Virus record (IMG/VR): IMGVR_UViG_3300028394_000038
Direction: 5' to 3' (one strand)
DNA: 64,000 bases
DNA from: a virus
The notes beneath the pieces are model-generated. The model saw only the letters and a program-made list of their open reading frames with translations. It was not told where the DNA came from and searched no databases. Positions 42,576 through 51,655 of the stretch are shown here, one piece after another. Position 1 is the stretch's first letter, and every line of letters starts with the position of its first letter. Position numbers and translations under genes: made by a program.

Positions 42576-43586
42576 ATGGCTACAATGAGAAATTTAGATA
42601 TTGACCAGGATTTTCCAGTTGCTGGGCAAGATAACGAAAGTCAAGGCTTTAGAGATAACTTTAGTGCAATTAAAGATTCTCTAACCTATCTTGACGAACA
42701 ACTTTTTAAAACTGGTGGACTAACTGAAACTACTGTAAAGTTAGGAGAAAGAAACGAATTTGATATCAATGCTAGTTTAGAAACTGTTAAATTATTAGGA
42801 ACTTCAGAAGCTACAGTTAAAAGCGGACAAGCAATTGTATTAACTAGTGGTCAAGAATTAAATTATTCAGCTGGTTCTTATCATTCTATTTTACTAACCT
42901 CTAGTACTAGTTTAGATGTTATTGGTTTTCCTATGCCAGACGGAACTGAGGATGGACGTTTTGCCAAGCTACGTCTCGACGCTACGTTAAGTACATTTAA
43001 TGTAACCACAGCAGGATCATTTGTTGTAGGTCATGTTTATACTATTTTTGCATTGGGCAACACTAATTTTACAGCAATTGGTGCTACTGCAAATACAGTG
43101 GGAATTACATTTAAAGCCACAGGAGTTGGCAGCGGAACTGGCACTGCCAAAGAAGCTAAAACATTAAGTTTTACAAACTCAGTAGCAGGCGGTACTATAA
43201 AGTACGAAGGTAACTGGCCAACAACATTATATGTTACTAGTGAAACAAATCCAGTAGTTGTTGAGTTTTGGTCTTATGACGGTGGCGAAGTAGTATATGC
43301 ACAGTATTTAGGACAATTTGGACAGACTGTTAGAGACACCGCAGTAGTCAATTTAACAGTAACAGGTACTAGTACATTAGGTGATGCAGTTACAGATAGA
43401 ATTATTTTTAACGGTATACCAAAACTACCATTAGTAGATGGTGTTACTCTCTCTGGGCTAACTCCAGAAGTGGGTATGATGATTTTTAATACTACTACTA
43501 AACGTGTGCAAGCATATGTTCCAGATACTGGTCTTGCTCAAGGTAATAATGCATCTAACACTGCTGGTTGGATTAATATAAGCTAA
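42576..43586 (+). CDS. virion structural protein
   Basis: DFPVAGQDNESQGFRDNF N-terminus. Late box at 42548-42554. Confidence 0.72.
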   Translation: MATMRNLDIDQDFPVAGQDNESQGFRDNFSAIKDSLTYLDEQLFKTGGLTETTVKLGERNEFDINASLETVKLLGTSEATVKSGQAIVLTSGQELNYSAGSYHSILLTSSTSLDVIGFPMPDGTEDGRFAKLRLDATLSTFNVTTAGSFVVGHVYTIFALGNTNFTAIGATANTVGITFKATGVGSGTGTAKEAKTLSFTNSVAGGTIKYEGNWPTTLYVTSETNPVVVEFWSYDGGEVVYAQYLGQFGQTVRDTAVVNLTVTGTSTLGDAVTDRIIFNGIPKLPLVDGVTLSGLTPEVGMMIFNTTTKRVQAYVPDTGLAQGNNASNTAGWINIS

Positions 43587-43819
43587 TGTTACATCCGCTA
43601 GCACCAGACTTGTCAAAGTTAAAAGATAACGAGCTTGAGAATAAACTTCAAGAGCTTAGTAAGCGTTATTTTCAAACTAGTAATTCTGGTATACAACAAC
43701 AACTGATAATGTTAATTGAAGGCTACAAAGAAGAATTGGCAAACCGCAGATCCAGAATGTGGCAAGAACAGTACCAAAAACGCGACACAGATCTTGACAG
43801 TTTAATAAAAGTCAGTTAA
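43586..43819 (+). CDS. hypothetical coiled-coil protein
   Basis: Coupled ORF (TAATG), 77 aa. Confidence 0.7.
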   Translation: MLHPLAPDLSKLKDNELENKLQELSKRYFQTSNSGIQQQLIMLIEGYKEELANRRSRMWQEQYQKRDTDLDSLIKVS

Positions 43820-43822
43820 AAT
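43794..43822 (+). promoter_or_regulatory. sigma70 promoter, probably leaderless
   Basis: TTGACA (43794-43799), 17-bp spacer, TAAAAT (43817-43822). The ATG at 43829 is 7 nt downstream. Confidence 0.7.
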
Positions 43823-43828
43823 AGCTGA

Positions 43829-44347
43829 ATGCATACTGACCTTTTAGGAATACCCATCTACTCTAAATCTGATATACTTGATATTATCTATCAAGGTAAA
43901 TTGGATATCTTAAATACAGTCCTAGTTGATCTTGAAGATGCTGAGATTAACAAATTTAATTCTGCCGCTAAAGAAGCCGGTATTGCAGAATTAAAACAAT
44001 ACTACCCACTAGATATTAATGTAAAAGAATTTGATCGATCTATGCAGGATAATTGGTTAATGCCCGATAGCTATAGAGAAATGGATATTGCCAAGTGGGT
44101 ATTAGATAAATGCACTACGCAGGATCAATTACAGCGTGTTGGTGCAGAACTGTTAGAATTTCAACGCAGAGATATGATGCCATTATTAAAATGGATGAAG
44201 TATTTTGTTGATACTTGCAGGACTAATCGTGTAGTTTGGGGTGTAGGTAGAGGTAGCTCTGTGGCTAGTTATGTGTTATACTTAATAGGCGTGCATCGCA
44301 TAGATAGTATGAAATATAATTTAGACTGGCAGGAATTTCTGAGATAA
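43829..44347 (+). CDS. DNA polymerase III alpha (DnaE)-like fragment, probably one piece of a split polymerase
   Basis: RVGAEL..F...M...L......VD......V.WGVGRGSSVASYVLYLIGVHRIDSMKYNL.W.EFL matches the DnaE GRGS region. Only 172 aa. Confidence 0.85.
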   Translation: MHTDLLGIPIYSKSDILDIIYQGKLDILNTVLVDLEDAEINKFNSAAKEAGIAELKQYYPLDINVKEFDRSMQDNWLMPDSYREMDIAKWVLDKCTTQDQLQRVGAELLEFQRRDMMPLLKWMKYFVDTCRTNRVVWGVGRGSSVASYVLYLIGVHRIDSMKYNLDWQEFLR

Positions 44348-44374
44348 GTAATACTATAATAGGAGGCTAGTAAA

Positions 44375-44605
44375 ATGGCACAAAAACCGCAAGCAAAAAA
44401 AGTATACCGTACTGCAAACGGTCGCGTAGTAGATATGGATTTATTACGTCAAAAAAATGAATTAACTCCAGCAGTTGGTAATGTTCGTGTAAATGCACGT
44501 GGAGATGAACTAGGCGCAGGTGGACAAATTGTTCGCAGTCGTGAAGACATCCTAAAAGACTTTTATGCATCAGCCGAAGCTGAAGCAGCCAAACCAAAGG
44601 AATAA
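44375..44605 (+). CDS. hypothetical protein
   Basis: AGGAGG RBS, ATAAGTA late-like box at 44344-44350, AVGNVRVNARGDELG motif. Confidence 0.78.
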   Translation: MAQKPQAKKVYRTANGRVVDMDLLRQKNELTPAVGNVRVNARGDELGAGGQIVRSREDILKDFYASAEAEAAKPKE

Positions 44606-44607
44606 CA

Positions 44608-45006
44608 GTGAACGTCAACGCAGTAAAAGGTAAAATTATACCGCTAGGTAATAAAATATTTGTTCATAACATGAACTTTGGCGAGCAAGTGACTACCGGC
44701 GGTATTGTATTGATGAGTGATGATGCCAAGGATCACGGCATCCATGCTAGATGGGCGCAAGTCTGGGCAGTAGGTAAAGATCATAATGAAGAATTTAATG
44801 TCGGTGATTGGATTTTAATAGAACACGGTCGCTGGACTAGGGGCATTCCATACGAGTATGAAGATGGTACAGAAACTACTATTCGTATGGTAGAAAACAA
44901 ATCTATCATTATGTGGGATACTGAACAACCTAAAGATGCCATTATTGGTCATTTAGATGGCGGTGGCCCTCCCCCAACAGTTAGCCCAGATGAGTTTTTA
45001 AGATGA
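44608..45006 (+). CDS. groES: GroES/Cpn10-like co-chaperonin
   Basis: IIPLGNKIFV, mobile loop EQVTTGGIVL, VWAVG, VGDWIL. Confidence 0.82.
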   Translation: MNVNAVKGKIIPLGNKIFVHNMNFGEQVTTGGIVLMSDDAKDHGIHARWAQVWAVGKDHNEEFNVGDWILIEHGRWTRGIPYEYEDGTETTIRMVENKSIIMWDTEQPKDAIIGHLDGGGPPPTVSPDEFLR

Positions 45007-45368
45007 CAAATCCATTCCGAGATCAAGAAAAGTTTATGAAAGCCTGTGATCAAACTACAGGTGGAGAATTTGACCAAGAACAATTTAAAATGTACCTCGG
45101 TCTTATTGACGAAGAATACAAAGAACTTAGGGTCGCAGTGGACAACAATGATCAATTGGAAACACTGGACGCATTAATTGATATTCTTGTTGTTACAATT
45201 GGTGCTATACATAGTATGGGTAGTGATGCTGAGGGTGCTTGGAAAGAAGTCATGAAAACAAACTTTGCTAAGATCGACTCCGAAACAGGAAAGGTTCGGA
45301 AACGTGAAGATGGTAAGGTATTGAAGCCGCTAGGTTGGACTCCTCCAGATTTAAAACCATTTGTATAA
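45003..45368 (+). CDS. MazG-like/all-alpha NTP pyrophosphohydrolase
   Basis: LIDEEYKEL, ETLDALIDILVV, EVMKTNFAK, REDGKVLKP.GW..PD. Confidence 0.85.
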   Translation: MTNPFRDQEKFMKACDQTTGGEFDQEQFKMYLGLIDEEYKELRVAVDNNDQLETLDALIDILVVTIGAIHSMGSDAEGAWKEVMKTNFAKIDSETGKVRKREDGKVLKPLGWTPPDLKPFV

Positions 45369-45371
45369 AAG

Positions 45372-45503
45372 ATGTATAGAGTAAAATATTACACATATGA
45401 AACATTACATTCCAGATATTTTGAAACACTACACGAAGCAGTGATGTTTTCTGTATACAGTGTTCGGAGTGGCAATGTTTACGGAATAGATTTGATCAAA
45501 TAG
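45372..45503 (+). CDS. small hypothetical protein (43 aa, not in the ORF track)
   Basis: ATG 45372 to TAG 45503 (MYRVKYYTYETLHSRYF...), filling the gap before a terminator. Confidence 0.5.
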   Translation: MYRVKYYTYETLHSRYFETLHEAVMFSVYSVRSGNVYGIDLIK

Positions 45504-45511
45504 ATAACACC

Positions 45512-45536
45512 AAAGGGTCTTGACAGACCCTTTTTT
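45512..45536 (+). terminator. rho-independent terminator overlapping a -35 box
   Basis: AAAGGGTCT-TGAC-AGACCCTTTTTT hairpin followed by a U-tract. Confidence 0.8.
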
Positions 45537-45548
45537 AACCTCTATAAT
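45520..45548 (+). promoter_or_regulatory. sigma70 promoter
   Basis: TTGACA (45520-45525), 17-bp spacer, TATAAT (45543-45548). Confidence 0.85.
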
Positions 45549-45573
45549 AGCAGTATATGCCAGGAGGAAAAAT

Positions 45574-45729
45574 ATGAAATGTAATACTTGTAATCAGCAA
45601 TACAGCGTTACCTGTGATTGGAATCAAGGAAGATGTCCACATCATCCTCCAGCAATTAATATGTATAGTATGAGATTTTATAATCTCTTACAGTTTATCA
45701 AAAACATCTTTAAAGGAAAAACACCATGA
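45574..45729 (+). CDS. small Cys/His-rich protein (51 aa)
   Basis: AGGAGG RBS, MKCNTC...C......CPHH. Confidence 0.65.
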   Translation: MKCNTCNQQYSVTCDWNQGRCPHHPPAINMYSMRFYNLLQFIKNIFKGKTP

Positions 45730-45977
45730 CAGACAACGAACAAAATATAGAAATAATGAAAGACCTAAGAAATAGGTTAGACAGAGTACTTGATAATACT
45801 CCCGCAGAAACATCAACAGTTAAACATCCGGATGCAAGAAAACATTTTTATGTTAGCGTTGTTAAGAGTGCTGTACGTATTGGTGCCGCATCAGCTCTTA
45901 TTATGGGATCGTTTACACTAGCAGGCGCATTGTTTATTCTAGCAGAAATCTTAGGCATTGTTGAGGAAATAGTATGA
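45726..45977 (+). CDS. small membrane protein
   Basis: Hydrophobic C-terminal hairpin, coupled on both sides. Confidence 0.7.
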   Translation: MTDNEQNIEIMKDLRNRLDRVLDNTPAETSTVKHPDARKHFYVSVVKSAVRIGAASALIMGSFTLAGALFILAEILGIVEEIV

Positions 45978-46894
45978 AAGAGTTGTGGGTAGAAAAATAT
46001 CGTCCTAAAACTGTAGAAGGTTATGTTTTTAAAGACGACGCCCTAAAAGAGCAAATTGCTAAATGGATAAAGGACGGATCAATTCCGCATATCTTGTTAA
46101 GCGGTAATGCTGGTACTGGTAAAACAACATTAGCAAAGTTACTACTAAATGAAATTGGAGTACAAGATACAGACATCTTAGTTGCTAACGGAAGTAAAGA
46201 AGGTCGTAAGATTGAATGGGTTGACAAGCTGATTGGTTTTTGTCAAACAATGCCCTTTGGTGATTTTAAGGTTGTACTTATTGACGAAGCAGATTACATG
46301 AATAAAGAATCTGTACAGCCAGCACTACGCAACCTAATGGAAGACTATTCGAATAGCGTTCGCTTTATTTTTACCTGTAACTATCCACATAGGATTATTA
46401 CTCCTGTAAAGAGTCGTTGCCAAGAGATTAAGATTGAAAAAACAGACTTAACAGAGTTTACTGCCCGTGTTGCTACTATTTTAGTAGAAGAAAGCATTGA
46501 CTTTGATCTTGAAACATTAGATACTTTTGTACAAGGTACATATCCAGACTTGCGTAAGTGTATTAACAATGTACAAATGAACAGTACTAATGGTACATTA
46601 AAAGTTCCAGAAGTAGTTGACGGCGCAGGAGACTATCGTGTAGAGATGGTAGACTTGTTTAAGAAGGGCAAGATTAGCGAAGCACGTAAACTGTTATGCA
46701 GTCAAGCCCGTCCGGAAGAAATGGAAGAGATCTATCGTTGGATGTACGATAATATCGAATTGTTTGGTTCCGATGAAGAGAAACAAGATAGTGCAGTTCT
46801 TATTATCAAGCAAGGTCTTGTAGATAATGCATCAGTAGCAGATCAAGAGATTAATCTTGCGGCAACAATGATCAGGCTTGCGAGGTTGCAATGA
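45974..46894 (+). CDS. clamp loader AAA+ subunit (T4 gp44/RFC small-subunit-like)
   Basis: [10 protein letters not shown], Walker [10 protein letters not shown], Walker B LIDEAD, SRC motif, DLRKCIN. Confidence 0.93.
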   Translation: MKELWVEKYRPKTVEGYVFKDDALKEQIAKWIKDGSIPHILLSGNAGTGKTTLAKLLLNEIGVQDTDILVANGSKEGRKIEWVDKLIGFCQTMPFGDFKVVLIDEADYMNKESVQPALRNLMEDYSNSVRFIFTCNYPHRIITPVKSRCQEIKIEKTDLTEFTARVATILVEESIDFDLETLDTFVQGTYPDLRKCINNVQMNSTNGTLKVPEVVDGAGDYRVEMVDLFKKGKISEARKLLCSQARPEEMEEIYRWMYDNIELFGSDEEKQDSAVLIIKQGLVDNASVADQEINLAATMIRLARLQ

Positions 46895-47214
46895 CATATC
46901 TAGTAACAGAAAATTGTATTAAATGTAAACATACTGATTGTGTAAGTGTTTGTCCAGTTGACTGTTTTTATGAAGGACCAAATTTTCTAGTAATCGATCC
47001 CGACGAATGTATTGACTGTGGCGTTTGCGTTAGTGAATGTCCTGTAGATGCTATTGTTGCTGATAGTGATGCTACAGTCGATGTGCCATTTTGGTTAGAA
47101 ATTAATACTAGACTAAGTAAAAAATGGCCAGTAATTACAAAACAAAAATCTGCACTTCCTGATGCAGACAATTGGAAAGATGTTCCAAATAAAATAAAAC
47201 TATTAGAGGAATAA
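46891..47214 (+). CDS. fdxA: 7Fe ferredoxin (FdxA type)
   Basis: [18 protein letters not shown] and [12 protein letters not shown], with a proteobacterial-type C-terminal extension. Confidence 0.92.
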   Translation: MTYLVTENCIKCKHTDCVSVCPVDCFYEGPNFLVIDPDECIDCGVCVSECPVDAIVADSDATVDVPFWLEINTRLSKKWPVITKQKSALPDADNWKDVPNKIKLLEE

Positions 47215-47215
47215 C

Positions 47216-48034
47216 ATGACGCAACGTATTTTAATTATGGGATTGCCAGGTGCTGGTAAAACAACCTTAGCAGAAGCATTAAAAAATAAATTAGAAGATC
47301 GTATTACTAATGCAGAAATGGAACCAATATTTCCTAAGGTAACTTGGTTTAATGCAGATGATGTCCGCCGCAAGTATAATGATTGGGACTTCAGCAAAGA
47401 GGGAAGAATCCGTCAAAGTTTACGTATGTTTCAATTTAGTATAGAAGCAGGCACAGAATATGTTATTTGTGATTTTGTTGCTCCGCTAGTTGAAATGCGT
47501 AACAATTTTAAAGCAGACTGGACTATTTGGGTAGACACTATTCGAGAAAGTCGATATGCCGATACCAATGCGGCATTTGTTGAACCTGAACATTATGATT
47601 TTCGTATAACAGAGCAAGATGCAGAAAAATGGGCAGACTTTATTGCTGATCATATAGTTGACAATCGCAGACGCCCTGTATTTGATTGGAAGAAAGAAAC
47701 TGTGCAGATGCTAGGACGTTGGCAACCTTGGCACGATGGCCATCGTGCATTGTTTGAAAGATTGTTAGCTAAGACTGGCCAAGTTGTTATTCAAGTGCGT
47801 GATGTGCAAGGATGGCAAGGTAGTAATCCGTTTGAAGTGGCAAAGGTTAAAAGTTTTATTCGCCGTGATTTAGACCCGTTATATCAAGGTCAATATGAGA
47901 TACAGGTTGTACCTAATATTGTTCACATTGGTTGGGGTCGAGGTGTAGGCTATACTGCCGGTGAAGAAACATTCGATGACACTGTCACCGATATTTCAGC
48001 TACCAAAATACGTAAAGAACTAGGACTAAAGTAA
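47216..48034 (+). CDS. APS-kinase-like P-loop kinase fused to an HxGH nucleotidyltransferase
   Basis: GLPGAGKTT, NADDVRR..DWDFS.EGR, then GRWQPWHDGH and ISATKIR. Confidence 0.8.
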   Translation: MTQRILIMGLPGAGKTTLAEALKNKLEDRITNAEMEPIFPKVTWFNADDVRRKYNDWDFSKEGRIRQSLRMFQFSIEAGTEYVICDFVAPLVEMRNNFKADWTIWVDTIRESRYADTNAAFVEPEHYDFRITEQDAEKWADFIADHIVDNRRRPVFDWKKETVQMLGRWQPWHDGHRALFERLLAKTGQVVIQVRDVQGWQGSNPFEVAKVKSFIRRDLDPLYQGQYEIQVVPNIVHIGWGRGVGYTAGEETFDDTVTDISATKIRKELGLK

Positions 48035-48058
48035 AAAGGGCCGAGAGGCCCTTTTTTT
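48033..48058. terminator. bidirectional rho-independent terminator
   Basis: AAAAAGGGCC-GAGA-GGCCCTTTTTTT between convergent genes. Confidence 0.9.
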
Positions 48059-48812
48059 ATTCGTCACCGTATAACGATAATACCTCCTTAACAGCTTCGT
48101 GACGTTCGATATCTTTCATACCAAACTGGCATACGCTCAATAAATCTAACTGCTTACCGTGTAATCGCTCACAGAAATCGATCAAGCCATTATCGTTTAA
48201 TCGATCAGCTTGACGCAAATCTCCAGTTACGACCATTTTAGAACCTTCACCCAGTCTCGTTAGCAACATCTTCATTTGATTTGGCGTAGCATTTTGCATT
48301 TCGTCTGCAATAATGTATGCGTTCTTGAAGGTGCGACCTCTCATATAAGCTAACGGGCTAATTTCAATCACTCCCTCACGGATCATGTTCTCGATATCCT
48401 TAGCGTAATAGTACTCTGCTAACACATCCATAATAGGGCGTGTCCATGGAGCCATTTTTTGCTCAAGGGTTCCGGGAAGGAAACCGTGATCTTCATCAAC
48501 AGAAACAGCAGGGCGTGTAACCACGATTTTATCTACCAACCCTTCTTTGAAGAGTTTGATACCGACTTGGCAAGCAATCAATGTTTTTCCTGTGCCAGCG
48601 GGGCCCAGTGCGAAAACTATGTTTTTCGATGGGTCTAATAGTTGTAGTAGATATTCTTCTTGATTTCGATTGCGTGGAACTACGTGAACGCTACGTTTTT
48701 TCTGTGGAAGATTTTGTGAAAGTGTGTGTTGAAAGGGTTGAAACTCAATCACGTTTGCACGTGGATCGTTAAATCCGTCGTTAAAACGCTTTTTGGCTCT
48801 TTTTGTCGTCAT
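48057..48812 (-). CDS. phoH: PhoH-like ATPase
   Basis: GPAGTGKT, TRPAV, GFLPG, YMRGRTF, ADEMQN, TRLGEGSK.VVTGD..Q. Confidence 0.95.
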   Translation of the reverse strand: MTTKRAKKRFNDGFNDPRANVIEFQPFQHTLSQNLPQKKRSVHVVPRNRNQEEYLLQLLDPSKNIVFALGPAGTGKTLIACQVGIKLFKEGLVDKIVVTRPAVSVDEDHGFLPGTLEQKMAPWTRPIMDVLAEYYYAKDIENMIREGVIEISPLAYMRGRTFKNAYIIADEMQNATPNQMKMLLTRLGEGSKMVVTGDLRQADRLNDNGLIDFCERLHGKQLDLLSVCQFGMKDIERHEAVKEVLSLYGDE

Positions 48813-48972
48813 TAACTGCTCTCCTTTTGGGGCTGTAGGACGTCATTGTCACACTACTCTTTGTAGGACAACTGAGAGGTCCTACACTCATATTTAAGAC
48901 CTAATCAAAAAACAGAACTGATACTATATCAAAACGCTCAAGATAAATACATTGACAAAGGATCATTTGAAC

Positions 48973-49536
48973 ATGGCAGATATTTTAGACATTATCGAGA
49001 ACATTAGTACTATCTACGAAAGTAATAGTAGCTTGGCTATTCTCAAAGACTACGAACGTGTATTTGACGAGTTAGATCTCTACGTGTTTGAAAACTGGCA
49101 GGACGGCGAACTTATATCAGGTCCGCAAGTAGAACGCCATTGGGTTACTTGTAGTTTTATGTGGCCGAAAGAAAAAATGCCTGATCCAGAAGCAGGCAAA
49201 CGATTATTAGAATACGGATGTTCTGTTAAATATAAAAAAGATTTTTTAGTTAAACCTAGAAAAATTAAAAAGCCTGACGATATTCGCCCAGGAAGCAAAA
49301 AAGGCAAACTTGACGAGCACCCGATATGGGTTGTTGAGGTTACTATGCCAAAGAAGTTGATGTTAGATATATTCCGTGGATACCACAATCAACTAATGGA
49401 TGACCTAGGTATTGATAAAAATATCACTGCTCCAGAGTTACAAGCGCCACCGGCAGGTGAAGCAGTACAAGCACAAGAAGCGCCAGTAGCACCAGGAACG
49501 GCGGCACCAGAGGGAACACCTAATGCAACTCAATGA
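48973..49536 (+). CDS. conserved phage hypothetical protein (late)
   Basis: ATG 48973, ATAAATA at 48943-48949, Pro/Ala-rich tail. Confidence 0.75.
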   Translation: MADILDIIENISTIYESNSSLAILKDYERVFDELDLYVFENWQDGELISGPQVERHWVTCSFMWPKEKMPDPEAGKRLLEYGCSVKYKKDFLVKPRKIKKPDDIRPGSKKGKLDEHPIWVVEVTMPKKLMLDIFRGYHNQLMDDLGIDKNITAPELQAPPAGEAVQAQEAPVAPGTAAPEGTPNATQ

Positions 49537-50251
49537 AGATAGCTTACAAGCAGGCGACCTACGAGATCTAGTACATCATGTATTTGAAGTAGATAGCTAT
49601 CGCTCAAAAATGGGCAATGATAAAGATGTAGTAGTACTAAGTTTTACAGTAGAAAGCAAAGACCCAGCAGATGACCTAGTTAACTTTATTGAAAAAGGTT
49701 ATCAGTTTGTTTTAGATGCTGATGTAACACCTGGTGAACTAAGCAACGGCAAATACAAAGTATTTGTTGAGCTACAACGTGATAGTCATGTTGCTGAACA
49801 TATTAGTGACTTACTATATGGCGTTAAAAAACTTACAGGCTTAGAAGATTTTAAATTTCGTTACTACAAGAGTTTTGACAGTAAAGATGCTGTTAGAGAA
49901 ATGTTAGAGGAAGTTATTCCTAACGATCCTAACACTTACGAAGAAAGTATTAAAGAACATGCAATGGAAAGCTATGAGCATTTCTTTGCTAAAGGACGTT
50001 TAGAAAAAGTTGTAATGGAAGGCGATCTATTACGAGTTAAAAAGATCTATGCTGACCCACTACAGTTTAAAGTTATTAGAGCAGGAACACCGGCAGGTAT
50101 TTTAGAGTCAATTGAAGAAAAGATCAATGTCAACGAATGGGCAGAAGTTATCTTTTTGACTAAGTACTTTGGAGACTTTAATATTACCAAGTTTGGTAAC
50201 AAACTCATGTTCGAAGATAACGGACATGCAGTACTAATGGAGCGACTATAA
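49523..50251 (+). CDS. hypothetical protein
   Basis: 242-aa ORF coupled to the endolysin gene. Confidence 0.78.
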   Translation: MQLNEDSLQAGDLRDLVHHVFEVDSYRSKMGNDKDVVVLSFTVESKDPADDLVNFIEKGYQFVLDADVTPGELSNGKYKVFVELQRDSHVAEHISDLLYGVKKLTGLEDFKFRYYKSFDSKDAVREMLEEVIPNDPNTYEESIKEHAMESYEHFFAKGRLEKVVMEGDLLRVKKIYADPLQFKVIRAGTPAGILESIEEKINVNEWAEVIFLTKYFGDFNITKFGNKLMFEDNGHAVLMERL

Positions 50252-50880
50252 TGAGCGGATTTGAATTTAATTTTACACAAGCAAAGTTTGAAGAATGTAT
50301 AGGTAAGAACCCTTATGCTGATCATTGGTTTGAGGCATTATGTGAGATTCTTCCAGACTATGAAATTAACACAGTGCCACGTGTGGCAGCTTTCCTAGCA
50401 CAAACAGCACACGAGTCAGGCGGATATCGTGCTATTAAAGAAAACTTAAACTACAAAGCAGAAAGTCTGTGTCGTGTTTGGCCCCGACTATTTCCCAACA
50501 TAGATATTGCACGTCAGTATGCAATGCAACCAGAACGTATTGCAAATCGTGCGTACGGAAATCGTATGGGCAATGGTCCAGAAGAAAGCGGTGATGGTTG
50601 GAAATTTTGCGGACGTGGTCTTATTCAGTTGACTGGCAAAGATAACTATACTCGTTATGCACAGAGTTTAGAAATTAGCGTAGAAGAAGCCAGCGAACAT
50701 TTAACAACATTTGAAGGTTGTGTACAATCAGCCGCTTGGTTCTGGGAAGCTAACAATCTAAATCAATGGGCCGATGCAGGTGATATACTTACATTAACAA
50801 AACGCATCAACGGCGGTACTATTGGACTAGAGGATCGTATAAAGCATTATAATCATGCTATACACGTTCTACAAGGATAA
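50251..50880 (+). CDS. glycoside hydrolase family 19 endolysin
   Basis: AAFLAQTAHESGG, ENLNY, GRGLIQLTG..NY, SAAWFW, TKRINGG..GL..R. Confidence 0.92.
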   Translation: MSGFEFNFTQAKFEECIGKNPYADHWFEALCEILPDYEINTVPRVAAFLAQTAHESGGYRAIKENLNYKAESLCRVWPRLFPNIDIARQYAMQPERIANRAYGNRMGNGPEESGDGWKFCGRGLIQLTGKDNYTRYAQSLEISVEEASEHLTTFEGCVQSAAWFWEANNLNQWADAGDILTLTKRINGGTIGLEDRIKHYNHAIHVLQG

Positions 50881-50883
50881 AAA

Positions 50884-51372
50884 ATGAGTCAACTTCAGTG
50901 GATGTTTAGCATCATCCCAGATGCAATACTGAACTGGGTATATTGGGCTATTATTGCCGTCGGTATTACAGGAATGTTTGCCGGATGGTTTGGTAAATTT
51001 ATTCCTATGTATGGCAAGTATGTAGGTATCTTAAAACCTGTTGGAATTGCGTTAGTAATATTAGGTGTTTGGTTACGCGGTGGATATGATGTAGAAATGG
51101 CTTGGCGATCTAAAGTTGCAGAAGCTGAAGCAAAAGTAGCCAAAGCAGAAGCCGCTAGCCAAGAAGTTAATATTAAACTAGAAGCTAAGATTAAAGAAAA
51201 ACAAAAAGTTCGTACAGAATACATTACCACAGTCAAAGAGCGTATTGTTAAAGAAACACAAGTTATAGATGCAGAGTGTAAAGTTGCTCCTGAAGCAATA
51301 AACATTTTAAATGATGCGGCTAAAAACTCTATAAAGAAAGGAACTGTTACTATTGAGGAGGTTAAGAAATGA
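50884..51372 (+). CDS. putative inner-membrane spanin (Rz-like)
   Basis: N-terminal TM segments, periplasmic coiled coil with a C-terminal Cys, directly after the endolysin. Confidence 0.65.
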   Translation: MSQLQWMFSIIPDAILNWVYWAIIAVGITGMFAGWFGKFIPMYGKYVGILKPVGIALVILGVWLRGGYDVEMAWRSKVAEAEAKVAKAEAASQEVNIKLEAKIKEKQKVRTEYITTVKERIVKETQVIDAECKVAPEAINILNDAAKNSIKKGTVTIEEVKK

Positions 51373-51629
51373 AACATCTTATCATAGTAGCTGTGTTACT
51401 AATTACAGGCTGTTCGAGTGTTCCAGTAGCTGTAAAGTTTCCAGATGTTCCTAGAGATATGTTAGAAACATGTCCAGATTTAAAACTAATACCAGAAACA
51501 ACTAAGTTAAGCGAAGTATTACCTACAGTTGTAGACAACTACGGACAGTATTATACCTGCAAAGACACAGTGGATAACTGGATTGATTGGTATAAATCCC
51601 AAAAGAAAATATTTGATAGTATCAAATAA
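51369..51629 (+). CDS. putative outer-membrane lipoprotein spanin (Rz1-like)
   Basis: Lipobox LITGC, Pro-rich region, two further Cys. Confidence 0.7.
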   Translation: MKHLIIVAVLLITGCSSVPVAVKFPDVPRDMLETCPDLKLIPETTKLSEVLPTVVDNYGQYYTCKDTVDNWIDWYKSQKKIFDSIK

Positions 51630-51655
51630 ATACTAACATAATAGAAGGAGCGAAG

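Noticed and set aside
48841-48855. GTCAT/TGTCAC near phoH as a possible Pho box
   Set aside because: The half-sites are about 6 nt apart, not the 11-nt direct-repeat spacing PhoB requires.
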